In this document: positions 27,998 to 43,072 of the stretch, piece after piece | Layout: the number at the start of each line of letters is the position of its first letter | How positions within the stretch are numbered: the stretch's first letter is position 1 | Source: Octopus sinensis | Taxonomy: Eukaryota | Direction of reading: 5' to 3' | NCBI RefSeq assembly: GCF_006345805.1 | Contig: NC_043005.1 | Coordinates: 48,360,001-48,424,000 of the forward strand | DNA: 64,000 nucleotides | Notes under the pieces: model-generated | What the model saw: only the letters and a program-made list of their open reading frames with translations | Database searches by the model: none | Told to the model about the DNA's origin: nothing | Position numbers and translations under genes: made by a program

Positions 27998-29157
27998 AGA
28001 AACGTCTACGATTCGCCCTAAGATGGGTTACGACAGAAAAATTACAGCGTTCATTCCTCCAAACATGGGGAATGGTCGGGCGACGAAAATAACAAGTTTT
28101 CCTCATTAAAACATTTAAAAGCTACACTTGAGACCGTCCAAGAACGGGCCGGCGTGCAATATCTACGGAACGTAAATAAAAAGAAAGAAGTCAGTTTGTC
28201 TGCATAATCATACTTAAAAACCAAGAGATAATGTAAAAAGAAGAAAATAATGTTTTTAGGACTTTTAAGAATGTTATATTAATTAGTACTAAAAATAAAA
28301 AGCAAGCAAGAGATAAACAATATCGATTAAATATAAAAAGATTGCACGCCAAAAGATCGAACAGGAAACAGCTTAAAGGAAATAAAGCCGGCTTGGAAGT
28401 AATATCAAGGAAACTAGTACCATATGTCATTCACCAGAATAGTCTATAGCAAGTCAGACCTGTTAGTAAATTACACGCTATTTTAGATTCCAAAACTACT
28501 TTACCCCAGTTGGCCTTATCGTCTCTCGTAGAAATTGAGATTTTTCGCAAAAACGGTGAAGTATATATATATATATATATGTGGTAGGAATGAATGAGAG
28601 AATTATTGGCTATATTTGGAGCTTTTCTCTTTTTTAAAGTGTAACAACCTTTAAAATGTTCCGGTTACTTCTCTTCAAGTAAAGACTAGAGTTTAGCAAC
28701 TTGTCTTTCTGCTTTCTATACTTACAATTACACTTTATTTTCTCTTCTTTCTTTTGTTTGCTTTTTTATCCTGCATCATTATTCCTTCATCATCAACATC
28801 ATCATCATCATCATTGTTATACTTAGTTCTATAAAATAGTTTCCATCCTCGCCATCATGATCACCACCATTACCAAAGAAGCACTACAACACCGCCATAA
28901 TATGAACGAAATTGATCGGTTTGGGTATCGGTATATCTTCCTCTTCACATAGAGCTAATAGGTTCTCTAAGTTCACATTGAATGGGTTTATCGGGTTCTA
29001 GGTCATCACGTTCACTAAACGAAATGTTAACAAGTTCACTAGATAATTCCCCATAACAGCTCACTAAATTATTCCGTTAAAGTACTCTCGTGACTGTCTA
29101 ACGTCTTCATTTCGCGTTCAAAACTGAACATCAGCTATTGCATATATATACATATAT

Positions 29158-29205
<48 letters not shown>

Positions 29206-30334
29206 ATATATACATACATATGTATGCGTATATGTATGTATGTATATGTATAAATCTATATAAAACAGACAAATAAGGGCACAAGATGAAAATGTACGAA
29301 GACGCCACTTAAACACGGTCCCTTGTCGCTGTTTCCATTAAAAATGCAGTAGACCAGTGAATGGTTTGTTGGGATTCTGTTACTTAGGGCACCATTTTTC
29401 TCAAATTGTTATGCAAAAGTAAAAATATATAAAGAATCTTCTATCTTAAAGCCTATTTGATTTTGTAAGGAAATGCAGAGTCTACGTATTAGTTACCAGC
29501 TTATAAAAGTTATTTTGTCGATTCGAGAAGGCTAAAACAATATCTTCCCTAGTTAGATATAAACACCGAAATAAAGAAATTAGTAAAAGAAAAAAATCGA
29601 ACATTCATTTAGATATTCCATATCTATTTTTGTTCTTAATATCTAAACCCACTTATCTTCACTTTGTGTTGAAACCAAGCATCCTTAATAATTTGATCTT
29701 TTTGCTTTGGATTTTGTATCAGCTTTTCTTTGACAAAACCAGCTTCATCGCTGTCATCATTATCATCATTGCTTCTTTATCTCTGTTCCATTAATGCTTC
29801 CATGACTGCTCTTTGGCCGAACTTTCTTCTCTTGTTCTTCCATCAAAGATTACTAATCGAATGAGTCGTCTTTTCACTAGTTTTCATCGTTTCACTGTTG
29901 TAGTTCTGCCTACAAGAAACGTATCATATAGTTTCTTCCTTGAACTTCTATCTCATGACACTCGCTTCCTTCTTGTTTCTCTGCAAGATATAATTTTGAT
30001 TTTGTTTTTGTTTTTTGCGTTTATCGTTTTCTGATTTTGGAGTACACTTTTTCTTTTTTTTTTAATATTTAAATGGTTGCTCGAGGTTTGTTTTAGTGTT
30101 AATAACTTGCCTGTTCGTTGGGAGTGAATTCTAATAAATAAGAATTTAGTTTTTAATTCACAACTGAACAACCAAAATTATGATCAAAGACATTCCAACG
30201 ATGAGCTGCCATCTTTATTTCAGATATCATACATCATGGCTATCCCATTTTTTAATAAAGTTAAAGTTATATGTGAGGATGATTTAGCTCCCTTCTTGTT
30301 GGTTGAGGACATATTTCATTGGCTTTGCTATAGG

Positions 30335-30780
30335 GGTTTCACAATTTGGCACAAGGCCAGCAATTTTGATGGAGGAATAAGTTGATTACATCGACCCCAG
30401 AGCTCAGCTAGTATTATTTTATCGACCCCAAAAGTGATGAAAGGCAAAGTCGACGTTGGTGGCGTTTGAACGCAGAAACGTAAAAATCGACAAAATGCCG
30501 CCAAGCATTTTCCCCAGGGTGTTAACGATTCCACCAGCTCACCGCCTTAGTTGCTGGTAATATTAATTTCAAACTTTGGGACAAGTCCAGCAGTTTAGGA
30601 GGAAGGAGATAAGTCAGCTATGTCGATCCCAGTACTCAACTGGTACTTATTTTATCAACGCCGAAAAGGATGAAAGGCAAAGTTGGCTTCGGCGGAATTT
30701 GAACTCAGAACGTAACGACTGATGAAACGCCGCTAAACATTTTACTCGGTGTGATAAAGATTCTGCCAGCTCGCGACCTC
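30335..30780 (-). mobile_element. Two tandem SINE family A copies
   Basis: Two gatgaaaggcaaagt cores; TSD-like ctggtaatatt(a/g)at at about 30554 and 30787. Confidence 0.9.
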
Positions 30781-31422
30781 AATTTTCTGGTAATATTGAT
30801 GGCCATTTCGGTGAGTGATATACAATCCTAAGCTGTCGAACATGTGAGCGAATTTCTGTTTCCGGAAGAAAAAAATCTATATTGTTTCATTTGCGCTGAT
30901 ATCTTTATAAATTCATCGATATTTTATCACTCTATTTTCTCCTGCATCTTGCAACTGATATTTCGTACCAACAAAAGTTATAGTCATATGACGTATACCA
31001 GAAAAACCTCAAGCATAGAAGTAAACCAATGGATGCTTGGGTTATCAGATATATCGAACCATGCCATAAATACTATGTCATGGATCGAAAATACAATACA
31101 GTTAAGAAGCTTTTCCGTACTCACGATTTTAGCATATATTCTCTCATGCGAAGGTATGACCGAATATGTCCTAGAGCTACCCATTAAGTTCGAAACTGCT
31201 ATCTTCAGTTATCTGCTTCATATGTTTTTTTCTTTTCGGTTTTAATTTCCTGTAACTTAATTTTCCTGTGGATAAATTTTTCGTATTTTTCCTCTTACAT
31301 TCATACCGAATTATGCATGAGAACAGATTACATTTATATTTATAAATATTACACTTGAAAGAGAAGTAGTATGACCACAGTTGTAAAAAGGATACTTCGA
31401 GTAATTATATACGAGCAATCCA

Positions 31423-31625
31423 AAGGCAGTGAACTGGCAGAAGCGTTGGCACGCTGGGCAAAATTCTTAGCGGCATTTCGTCTGTCTTTACGGTCTGAAA
31501 TCGAATTCCACTGAGATTGACTTCAACTTTCATCCCTTCGGGGTCGATGAAATAAGTACTTGTTGAGTACTGGGCTCAATGTAGTTGACTTACCTCCTTC
31601 CCCGAAGTTGCTGGCCTTGTGCCGA
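31423..31625 (+). mobile_element. SINE family A
   Basis: ggcagtgaactggcagaagcgttggcacgctgggc...ttcatcccttcggggtcgatgaaataagtac. Confidence 0.9.
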
Positions 31626-31663
31626 TCGTGGGCAATATAGAATTACCTTAGTAATGTTTTGTT

Positions 31664-31830
31664 CAGTACCATCTGAAGTCATGGACACACTGTGTAACTG
31701 ATCCGGGTACTTGCGAGTTTAGGGGTCCAATTCTGAACTGCATGCTGCAGTTTGCTGTCAGAAATTAAATAACATAGGGTCCAGTGCATAGATTTTCCAG
31801 GAGGCCTAGAGTGCTACTGAGATGGTCTTG
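31664..31830. mobile_element. hAT-type MITE (decayed)
   Basis: Imperfect TIRs cagtaccatct / agatggtcttg and an 8-bp TSD gttttgtt (31656-63) / attttgtt (31831-38). Confidence 0.55.
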
Positions 31831-32344
31831 ATTTTGTTCCGAGTTAATTGCAGTTACTTATAAATATTGATTACTTTTGCCTAGATATAACGCCAATTGA
31901 TTTATCAATAAGTTAAAGATATTGAATCAACCGTAGTATATTATTGGCCCTCATTTTATCGGACGTGATTGAAACACAAATTCGAGAAAGACGCCGTAAA
32001 ATACTGTAAACATTTAATCCATTTTTTACCATTTCTGAAAATACTCCAACCCATTATTTCTAAGTACGGACCTGTATCTCAACATAGATTTAATATCTAT
32101 AATTCTTTTTATTAGTTTTACCTCCAGACAATTGCTTTTATGAATTCTCTATACATCAATACAATATAGCTCCGAGATTTAATCTGATGCATTACTTCAT
32201 ATGTTTTAATCATATATATCTGTGTGTGTGTATGTGTGTGTGTATGTGTGTGTGTATGTGTGTGTGTGCGTGTGCGCGTATATATATATATGTATATATA
32301 AATATACATATGCATATACATATATATATATATGTATATATATG

Positions 32345-32422
<78 letters not shown>

Positions 32423-32601
32423 AGTATATGCATACATATATATGTCTATGTATGAATATATGTATATATATATATATATTTATGAATGTATGCATCTATA
32501 TATATATATGTATATATATACATATATAATTCATCTGTATATATGTATATATCTATATATGCGTGTGTGTGTGTACATATATGTATATGTATGCATGTAT
32601 C

Positions 32602-32636
<35 letters not shown>

Positions 32637-32648
32637 TATTATATATAT

Positions 32649-32682
<34 letters not shown>

Positions 32683-33509
32683 CTTATATATATATATAGG
32701 CATTCGAGCATATATGTATACATACAGATATATATATGTATATGCATACATATATATATGCTTTGAAATACTGAATTGAGTTATTTTTTGTATTAAATGT
32801 GAATGGTTGGATAGTCCGGGCTGTCAACACAATACCCAAACATCGGAAGTAAGAAAATTGATCTTTCAATCGATCAAGACATTGACTGATTGATTCTTTG
32901 CTACTTGGTTCAAAATGGCCCACATTGCACAACTAATTAATCATGTAGAGAACAACTAAGCAATTTCACTAACGTAAGAAGTAGAATAACGGAGCATCAC
33001 ATTATGTTTTAGCTCATCAAATTTACAGTCACCTCTTCATTGTTGAGAGTGCGGGAATCAGAAAAGAAAATCAAATTTCTTTGCTGCTCCTACTCAAAGG
33101 AAAATTTCGCGTGATAAAAATGTCTGCTTTCCATGCTTCATCATCAATGCAATCAATGGAGACGCACATATAGAAACATGGCGTCGGCATCAATACCCTT
33201 ATTAGTCGTCAACCACAGAATCCGATGAGAAGGCATCCGTGCTAGAAATAACAGACTATTGTCAATCAAATCACATTCTATTGTGCTTTAAATAAAAGAC
33301 AAGTTGCATAAGGTAGTCCGTGACAACTTGTTTCAAAATAAGGTGAACTGGCCGTAGTTAGAACTCGTAGGCGAATTTGAGAAAGACACCGTAAAATACT
33401 GTATATATACTGTAAATTACTGTAAAATACTTTATATATTAGCAACAAAGCCAGTATTAATACCGAGAGATGATAACAGAACATCCACGTTTAAGTGTGA
33501 ATAAATATT

Positions 33510-33900
33510 GATTTCAAGATTTGATACAAGACCAACAATTTCGGAGAAGAGGGTATGTCGATTACTTCGACCTCGGTACTCAACTGGTACTTAATCTAAT
33601 TGACTCCGAAAGAAAGTCAAAGTAGACCTCGGCGGAATTTCAACTCAGGACGTGAAGATGGACTAAATACCTATTTCCTTACTACACACAAGGGGCTAAA
33701 CACAGAGAGGACAAACAAGGACAGACAAACGGATTAAGTTGATTATATCGACCCAGTGCGTAACTGGTACTTAATTTAACGACTCCGAAAGGATGAAAGG
33801 CGAAGTCAACTTCGGCAGAATTTGAACTCAGAACGTACCGGCAGACGAAATACGGCCACGCATTTCGCCCGGCGTGCTAACGTTTCTGCCAGCTCACCGC
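33510..33900 (-). mobile_element. Two adjacent SINE family A copies with different tails
   Basis: 33510-33670 (head-truncated) and 33671-33900 (near full length). Confidence 0.9.
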
Positions 33901-34044
33901 AATAAATATTACCTCTCTCTAAATATTAAGTTGTTTCACATGAAATGTCGCATTTTTAATTACTTGTTATTTCAGTCATTTAAAAACTCAATTATGTATC
34001 CCTTGCATTCAATCTTGACTTTTTTCCTTTCCCAACAATATTTG

Positions 34045-35236
34045 TATACAAAATTCCTACCCACAGATCTTATGAAAATGATAACAACCAAACTATGTTG
34101 AGTGATATACTCGTATGAGTACAAACTGGGTCACTCTGGCGCAGAAGCTGCATGGTATATCAAGCGGGCCTTTGATAATAGTTTTGTTGACATCAGAACT
34201 GTTGAGAGATGGTTCTAGAGCCCTCGTTCAAGAGATGATACCTTGAAAATAAACCAAGGGTGGGCCAAAATCAGTTATTCGGCATGATGGATTAAATACT
34301 TTGGTTGAACAAAATCCGAGAACAAAGGTTCGAAAACTTTCATCAGAACACCAAACTTCTCCCACAACTGTTTTTGGACACCTGTAAAACATTGGAAAAG
34401 TCAAGAAAACGGATAGGTTTGTTCCACATCAAATGAACGAGATTTAAAAAAAAACAGACGTCTCGAAGTGTGCTCCTTATTGCTTTCTCGACTGGAAAAA
34501 GACCATTTTTGCATCAAATCATTACTTTGATGAGAAATGGATACTTTTTGACAGCAGCAGAAGAACAGGACAGTGATTAGATGCAGGAGAGTCACCTAAA
34601 CACTACCTAAACCTACCATTACACCCTAAAAGGTTAGTGGTCACTGTATGGTGGACTGCGTAGGGAGTTACTCATTATTCATTTCTGCAACAAGGAAAAA
34701 CGGTAACAGCTACAACAGGAAACTGATTGTATGCATGAGAATTTGAAAAAAGACGCAATGATGACAAAGGAGATCTACTGTGAGCAGCTTGGGCGGCTTA
34801 AGTCAGAGCTAGAAGAAAAACGACTATCTTTGGTTTCAAAACGAAAGGTGTTCTTCCATCAGGATACTGCTCGGCTACATACAGCGAGGATGATATTTCA
34901 AAGGATGGAATAGTTTGAATGGGAGACGATGCCCCATCTACCATATTCGCCGGATATTGCCCCATCAGATCGTCATTTACTGTGCAGTCTTGAAAATCAT
35001 TTGGACAGTAAAAATATGAATTCTGAGGTGAGAACAGTACTGGAGAAGTATTTTTCGTCACAGTCGAGTGAATTTTGGAAGAGGGGCCTTGCAAGTCTAC
35101 CAGATAAATGACAGAGGATTGTAGAAAATAAAGGAAAGTATATTTTAGATTAAAAAAGAACTTTGCTTATCTTAATTTTGAAAAAAGAAATAGAGTATAG
35201 AAAAATCGTATTATTTATGGGAAGACGTGCATATAA
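34045..35236 (+). mobile_element. Decayed mariner (DD34D) transposon, probably chimeric
   Basis: YEYKLGHSGAEAA..RTVERWF, FVPHQ, DEKW, HQD-(34 aa)-D with YSPDIAPSD; stops and frameshifts; only weak TIR match. Confidence 0.92.
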
Positions 35237-35606
35237 CAACATAACAGCCAAAACTCAGTATCTTAACCGAGACACAACTGTATGTATGGACATACCTGAT
35301 GGGACCCAGACTGCAATATGGATTCAACACAACATATTTCACGGAGTCGCATCCATAAAGGACATTGGCAGGATTGGTCGAGACGAACGTTGTACAAAAT
35401 AAAAATTAATACCAAATTCACCTTCTGGCTACTTAACAAATTATTATCATTATCTCAACTAACACTGCGGAGTTCCTGGAGTAGAATTAACGGTAATATA
35501 CCCCGACTACTGATGACACAAGGTAGCCAAAACTCTGTCAGTTCTCTACTCAACACTTCAACAAAATAATCGACATATACCCATTAGTCCAAAATATTAA
35601 ATATAT

Positions 35607-36452
35607 ATACGGTGGCTGAATTGTTTGTTTTACATTTTATCGATTACACAGTATAGCAGGGTCAGTTGGGCACCGTCTGTGAGAAAACAGCACCATAGCG
35701 CAATTCACTCTGCTAGAAATTTGGAGGCGACATGCTGCATTGCTTGGCTTTCGCGACCTAAACTCCAGTACGAACATTTTGGAGTGTTTGGGTGTCAATC
35801 TGAAGACAGTGCATTCTGAGGATATGTACCGAGAATGATAAAAAATCAAACATACAGCGAACATCATAGTGTTTGTAATGATCACTAGTGATGGCCACCT
35901 TATGCCTACGTTCATCTTTCTACACGGCCTCACACTCAACACAGAAGCCTACATTAAGTTCCTGGAGGTGGTAGTGCTGCCCTGGGTCAAAAGGGTGGCT
36001 GCTGGAAGTCCCTATGTCTGGCAACAGGACTCTGCACCATGCTACACAAGCAGAAGAACCCAGACATGGTCGTCAGACAATTTCTGTGACCACATCAGCC
36101 CCTAACATCTGGCTACCTAACTCCCCACACTGCAACCCCCTTGATTATTATGTGTGGGGCACAGTTGAGCGAGAGACCAACAAAACTCCTTTAACACCAA
36201 AGATGAACTGAAGGTAAGGATTACGGCAGAATTCACCGACTTAAACAAGGAGACCGTCCAGAAAAGTTGCAGGAGATTCCGAAGTTGTCTGAAGGCCGTG
36301 GTTGAAGCCAATGGCGATTTTTTTGAATAAATGTACTCTGCAGTATTTCAATATATTTTTATGTAATTTTGGTGAATATATCTGTTTAAAAAAGTCAGTG
36401 TTATTTTGATTTTTGCGTAATTTACACGACAATTATTCATCGCACCCTGCAT
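35607..36452 (+). mobile_element. Internally deleted maT (DD37D) Tc1/mariner element
   Basis: VWQQDSAPCYTSRRTQTW...W.PNSPHCNPLDYYVWG: 37 residues between the last two Asp after correcting one frameshift; ends ...cgcaccctgcaTA. Confidence 0.88.
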
Positions 36453-36455
36453 ATA

Positions 36456-36496
<41 letters not shown>

Positions 36497-36546
36497 CACA
36501 TAAATATATATACATATACGTATGTATATGTATATATGCATATATG

Positions 36547-36626
<80 letters not shown>

Positions 36627-36637
36627 ATATATATATA

Positions 36638-36669
<32 letters not shown>

Positions 36670-37932
36670 GTATGTATATATATATATATAATATATATAT
36701 ATATTATATATATATATATAATATATATATATATATAATTTATTATCAATTACAATTGAGGTACACGAAGTACCAGCGATGCTAGAAATAAGAGTCGAAA
36801 TATACTCCAAATAAGCCCACCATTGAAAATACAACAGGCTGACGAAAATCGGGGTATGAGCAAGATTTAACTTACCACTGCAGCTGAAAGTCGCAAATGA
36901 GGATCGACCCTTGATTTTCCTTAGTCTGTTGTATTTCCTGTAAAATGATGGATTATTTGAGTATTTTTTTACTCTTATTTCTAGCAACGTTTGTTTTGTC
37001 ATCAGTGTTACTTTCTATCAAGTCAAATCTATAAATGAATACATTATACAGAGAAATATCTGATACATTTATTACAAATTAGTTTAAAACGAAAAAAATA
37101 ATGAACTCTTTTATCAGTTTTTTTTTCTTATTTACTAAAAAAAAAATTGATTTTTTATCGATATTATTCATCCTCTTAACTTTCTTGTCACTTTTAAATT
37201 ATTTTAGTCTTACTTTCCACAGAAAATCAATGATCGTTTCAAGACCCTTCTACCTCTTCATCTATTATTTTTTCTTTTATCTTTTAATTATTTTTTTCAT
37301 AATTTTTCTCTTTTTTTGCTTTTACTGTTTGGAAAACTATCGAAAATTCACAAAGTAAATGATTTCTCTAATTTTAAAATAAATAGTAGTTCGATTAGTG
37401 TATTTACTTAACATTGTTTACTTCTGAGTATGTGTGCGCATATACGCATACACACACACATATACATACACACACACCCACACGTATGTATATATATGGA
37501 TGTATGCATATGCATATATGTATGTATACATACATACAATTCTTTGGCAAAATTACTCGTAGACACACATATAATTGTATACGCATACAGTTATATGAAT
37601 ATGTATGAGTTTACAAGTAATTTTGTCAAAGAATTGGTATGTGTTTTTATTCTATATTTGTCCTTCGTGATTATTGTTGTAGATATCTTTAATTCAATTT
37701 TATTTATATATTTATTCATTTATCTTATGCTTTTTACTCACGACTCCCAATACAATTTGCTACAGAAATAAGATGAAAAACTATGTAAAAATTCTTCATA
37801 TCCGCTTACTGAAAATATTTTTTTTCACCTTTCTCGCACACACATGCGTGCACGAATTCGCATACAAACGATTACACATCATACAAATGCACATATAAAC
37901 ACACACAAACACACACACAAACACACACACAT

Positions 37933-37982
<50 letters not shown>

Positions 37983-38300
37983 ACAGGCAAAGAGACAGAC
38001 ATACGCACACGTACAAGCCAACTGACTCTTTGCTTCATCCGATTTTTCGTCTTTTTTTTCTTTACAAATAGACTTGTCTTTAATTTCATAGCTTGAAAAA
38101 CACATGTGCAAGTGTGTGTATGTATATATGTTTGTGCGCGCGCGTATTTGTATTTTGCATATGTATATATATACACACATAAACGTGTATACATATACAT
38201 TATATAAAGGTATAAATGCATATGCATTTCTTAATATTTACATATCTATCTGCATGTGCATACGTATATATATTATAAATATTACGTATCTATCTATCTA

Positions 38301-38353
<53 letters not shown>

Positions 38354-38484
38354 ATCTATCTATTTATATATATATATATATATGTGTGTGTATATAGTAT
38401 ATGAATATATATATATATATATACACACGCACGCACCTACACATACACACGCACACACACTCACACACATACACACACACGCAA

Positions 38485-38625
38485 AGCGCTTCCTTCAGTT
38501 TCCGTTTACCAAATCCACTCAAGGTTTTGGTGGGCCGGAAGCTATAGGGGACGACACTCGTCAAGGTACCATACGGTAGGTTTGAACCCAGTACCATGTG
38601 CTTTTTATCACACAGTCATGCCTGC
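38485..38625 (-). mobile_element. SINE family B 5' half
   Basis: gcttccttcagtttccgtttaccaaatccactcaagg...cacagtcatgcctgc. Confidence 0.8.
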
Positions 38626-38651
38626 TCTTATGCATTTACACACAAACACAC

Positions 38652-38710
<59 letters not shown>

Positions 38711-38967
38711 TATGTATTTGTATGCGTATTTTTGATTGGTAAACTTCATCCGTCTCCCAGTTTAACTCAACCAAGTGATGAAAGAACGGCTTTAGTGGTG
38801 TGTGTACTCGTTTGTAAACTTTCGGGAAACATGTCCTGTCTAACGGACATTTTCTTCAACCTCTACCGTGCTTTAATCTATTCTGAGTTTCATGCTCATT
38901 CCCTCTCTTCAAGATACACACGTAATATACAAGAAGCTCCTTTCTACAAACGCACATACATACACAA

Positions 38968-39001
<34 letters not shown>

Positions 39002-39309
39002 TGTGGTGTGTGTGTGTGTCTTTGTCTGTTTATGTCTTCTTGAATCCTTGACCAAGTTAGATTTTTGTATGTGAACTAGCGCATCGACGAATACTAAACG
39101 GGTGATTGCGTAAGCCCTTGTAATTGAAAAAAATATGTTGTGGGATTGATGTGATGGACTCAGATGCTGACAGAGGTGCTCTAGCATGGCCGCATTTCAA
39201 TGAATGAAACTAATACACGAATAATAGAACTCAAGAAATATGCATGTTTCTGCAAATGTGCTCTATGTCTATTTACATGACCGTAATGTATGCACGTATC
39301 CGTATCCAC

Positions 39310-39368
<59 letters not shown>

Positions 39369-39651
39369 GCGTGCGTGTGTGTGTGTGTGTAAGTCTATGC
39401 ATTTATGTTTTTGTGTATAGCAGCGTATATGAGTTTATGTATATTTGTATATGTGTGTTTATGTGCGCAGCTGTAGAGCAATCAAATGTCTTCGAATGAA
39501 GAGAAAATGCTAAATAAATAAATAAATGAATAAATAAATAAATAACAACAGGACAAAAAAAAATGAAAAATAATGAAAAGTATTTCCGGACGTTTTCATA
39601 TAAAATATTTTCCTTCTTCAAAAATATGTGTATACTTTACAGATGTATAGA

Positions 39652-39714
<63 letters not shown>

Positions 39715-40109
39715 CACACCATATACTCATAGATATCTATATATATTGTATACGTAAATAGATATATATATATAAAAAGTTACGTTTTTATGTGATTAAC
39801 TAAGTAGATGTATATTTTATATTTATATTTTATTATGTAATATTATTACCGGGTGGATAGATATTTCAATCAACTTTTATACATCGGAAGAAAATGGTAG
39901 AAACATATCTAGATATTTTCAGTGTAAGAGAATCGAGATATATTTTCTATTTTCTCTCGAAATTTCTAAATTACTCTTAGATTTTGAACATCGTTCTTAA
40001 GTGGTTTTGAAGAAGTAATATATATTTTCTGATAGTTGCTAAGGCATTTATGTGGAAAGGGGGAAAAAAAGCGAAAAAGATAAAGCTTACTGTACAATAA
40101 TTGCAACAA

Positions 40110-40214
<105 letters not shown>

Positions 40215-41077
40215 ATAATAATAATAACAACAACGACAGTAACAATGATAAAACAATTACAGAAAAAAATTTATACGATCGAAAAATGAAATCATTGTTT
40301 CTTAACTCATTGTCGTTTTTATTGATCCGAAAAATATTCCGTTACAAAATTACAAGAGAATTTGACAATTTCAGAAGCTCAAAATTACTTATATTTTTAT
40401 GTCACTCCGCAAGTCATTTCCGATTAACCATTTTCTTTCTCCCACTCTGCTACTCTTTTACTTTCGCTCTTTCTTCGAGAAGTCAGTCAATCTTTCTTCG
40501 TTCGCCCTCTTTTTCTCCTGTTGTTCTATTCTTTCATCAGATTCTCTAAATTGTCTCCAGCGATTTCTACAAAAACATTTGAGTTTATAGCGAGATTGCT
40601 TAAATTGGTCGAAAATGGTGTAGAATTTCTCCAACTCTCCTTTCGTATTGTGTGTTAAATCTATCCAATCTCACTAGATGAACTATTTAAAGAGAAAATG
40701 AGTAGCTAGAAAAATCAGATTTTCTTTAAAAAAAAAAGAAAAGAAAAAAATTGTGATCATAGAAGAATTTTTCTTAAGAATTATATTTTTATCATCATGT
40801 ATTCGATTCGGTCTTATTTCGTAGTATGTTCGCTTGCTATAACTTTAGTGATAATTCCTTTTAGCGCACATCTGATTCGAAACCCTTAGGCAAATAACAA
40901 TACCATTAAAATTCTCTACAGTCAGAACTAAAGTGCATACACATGGTGTAGAAATAAGATTCCCATTATTCTAATATGAAAACAATTTGGTTATAAAAAA
41001 TGTTGCAATTTCTATGTGCCTATAAGAGCCATTCTGTATTATTTACCACATATTCGTGTTTATGTTAGAGAATGCGT

Positions 41078-41560
41078 ATATGTATGTACGTATGTATGTA
41101 TGTATGTATGTATGTATGTATGTATGTATGTATGTATGTATGCATGCATGTATGTATGTATGTATGTATGTATGTATGTATGCATGTATGTATGTATGTA
41201 CGTATGCATGCATGCATGTATGTATGTATGTATGTATGCATGTATGTATGTATGCATGTATGTATGTACGTATGTATGTATGTATGCATGCATGTATGTA
41301 TGTATGCATGTATGTATGTACGTATGTATGTATGTATGTATGCATGTATGTATGTACGTATGTATGTATGTATGTATGTACGTATGTATGTATGTATGCA
41401 TGCATGTATGTATGTATGTATGTATGCATGTATGTATGTATGTATGCATGTATGTATGTATGTATGTATGTATGTATGCATGCATGTATGTATGTATGTA
41501 TGTATGTATGTGTATGTATGTATGTATGTATGTATGTATGTATGTATGTATGTATGTATG
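41078..41560. repeat. (ATGT)n/(ATGC)n microsatellite
   Basis: Direct inspection. Confidence 0.95.
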
Positions 41561-43072
41561 CGAACCTGTTCGTTGGCTACGTTGAGGCCCAAATATTCTC
41601 AAGTTTCACTGGCCTCACTCCTAAACTATACGGTCGTTATATTAACGACTGTGTCGGTGCGACCTCACTCTCCCGCGAATATCTAGACTCCTTCTTCTCT
41701 TTTGTCAAATCTTTCCATCCTGCCCTCCACTTCTCCCGCACTATTTCTGACACTTTCGTTGCCTTTGTCGACATTTCGGTCAGCATTCTTCACTCCACTC
41801 TCACCACTTCCATCCATTACAAACACACAGACTCACACTCATGCCTCAACTCTCCATCCCCTATTCCCAATTCTACGTAGGCTCTGCAGTGACAACCATG
41901 ACTTTTGAGAGTCAGTCTCAACTCATGGCTCGCCACTTCATCCTACGTGGATATCTCCTCACCACTATCCATACCACCCTTGCCAGAGCACTTCCGTAGA
42001 CCGTGCATCTGCCCCCACCCCGCAACTGTCCCGCCGTCACCTGTCTCCCGTTTTCCCTACCCTACCTCTCCAACACACCATTCTCCGAGCCTTCCGGCGA
42101 TTTCAGTCCGACCCCTCCACTTCGCACATCTTCCCTAACCGACCCCTTCCCTTCTTCAAACGAGCCCACTACTTACGAGATTTCTTGGTCCATAGCTTCT
42201 TCCCAAACCCAACCGCCCAACCTGGCTCGTTCCCCTGCTCCTGCCCACGCTGTCGCACTTGCCCTTACCACTCCAGCGCCACCCTCCTCGCAGGTACCCA
42301 TTATCGACCCTATCATATCAATGACTCCACCTACACTTCTGGCAACATCATTTACTGCATTGCCTGCTCTCTCTGTCCTATGTACATCGGTCAAACGGGA
42401 CGCCGCTTGGTTGACCGGTTCGCGGAACACCCCGAGACATCAGGCTCGGCAACCACACCCCAGTCTCGAGCCATTTCCACTCTACTGGTCATTCTTTACA
42501 ACACCTGTCTGTATTCGGATTGTCGCACAGGGACCATCCGGACTCCCGTCTTCGCCGTGAACAGGCATTAATCTTCTCTCTTCTCTCCTTTGCGCCACAT
42601 GGGATCAACTCTCCTTCCTCTTCATCTAACCCTACTCCTCTCTCCTCTCTTTCTCTCACACCTACTTCCTCCCACCCACCTCTCCTCTCTTGCTCTGACA
42701 CCAACTTCCTCTCTTCACTTCTACCCACCTTCTCCCTTCCCCCTCTTCCTTTTTCGTCACGCCCTCCCTCATTACCCCACCACTATACATTCCAACCCCA
42801 CCATCCCTATATATCCCATCCCACCCCAACTCCATCCCACACATTCCATTCCCACATACCCCCACTCCTACTCTCACACCCACATACCCACTGCTATCAT
42901 CACCCCAACCCACATCCCACCCTTGCTTTCTCTCGCCTCCTCCACACCCCAACACCACTACACCATACACCACCAAACCACACACCACCACACAACACAC
43001 CACCACACCATATCACACCACCATACCACACCACATCATGTCACATCACCCCGCTCTTATGCTACAACCCCT
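41557..43072 (+). mobile_element. 5'-truncated Penelope-like element (Neptune-type): RT C-terminal half, Cys-rich linker, GIY-YIG endonuclease, C-rich 3' region
   Basis: YANLFVGYVE..YGRYIND (YIDD), FVDISV..TSIHYKHTDSH; PCSCPRCRTC; NIIYCIACSLCPMYIGQTGRRLVDRFAEH; multiple frameshifts. Confidence 0.92.

Noticed and set aside
27998-28110. Possible exon after (CT)n-CAG
   Set aside because: The pyrimidine tract is a microsatellite; frames close quickly and show no homology.
29640-29990. Purine-rich minus-strand segment resembling an acidic coding exon
   Set aside because: Stops in all frames examined; no recognisable protein.
35240-35590. LQYGF...QGS motifs suggesting an RT remnant
   Set aside because: Spacing too short and similarity too weak to call without BLASTx.
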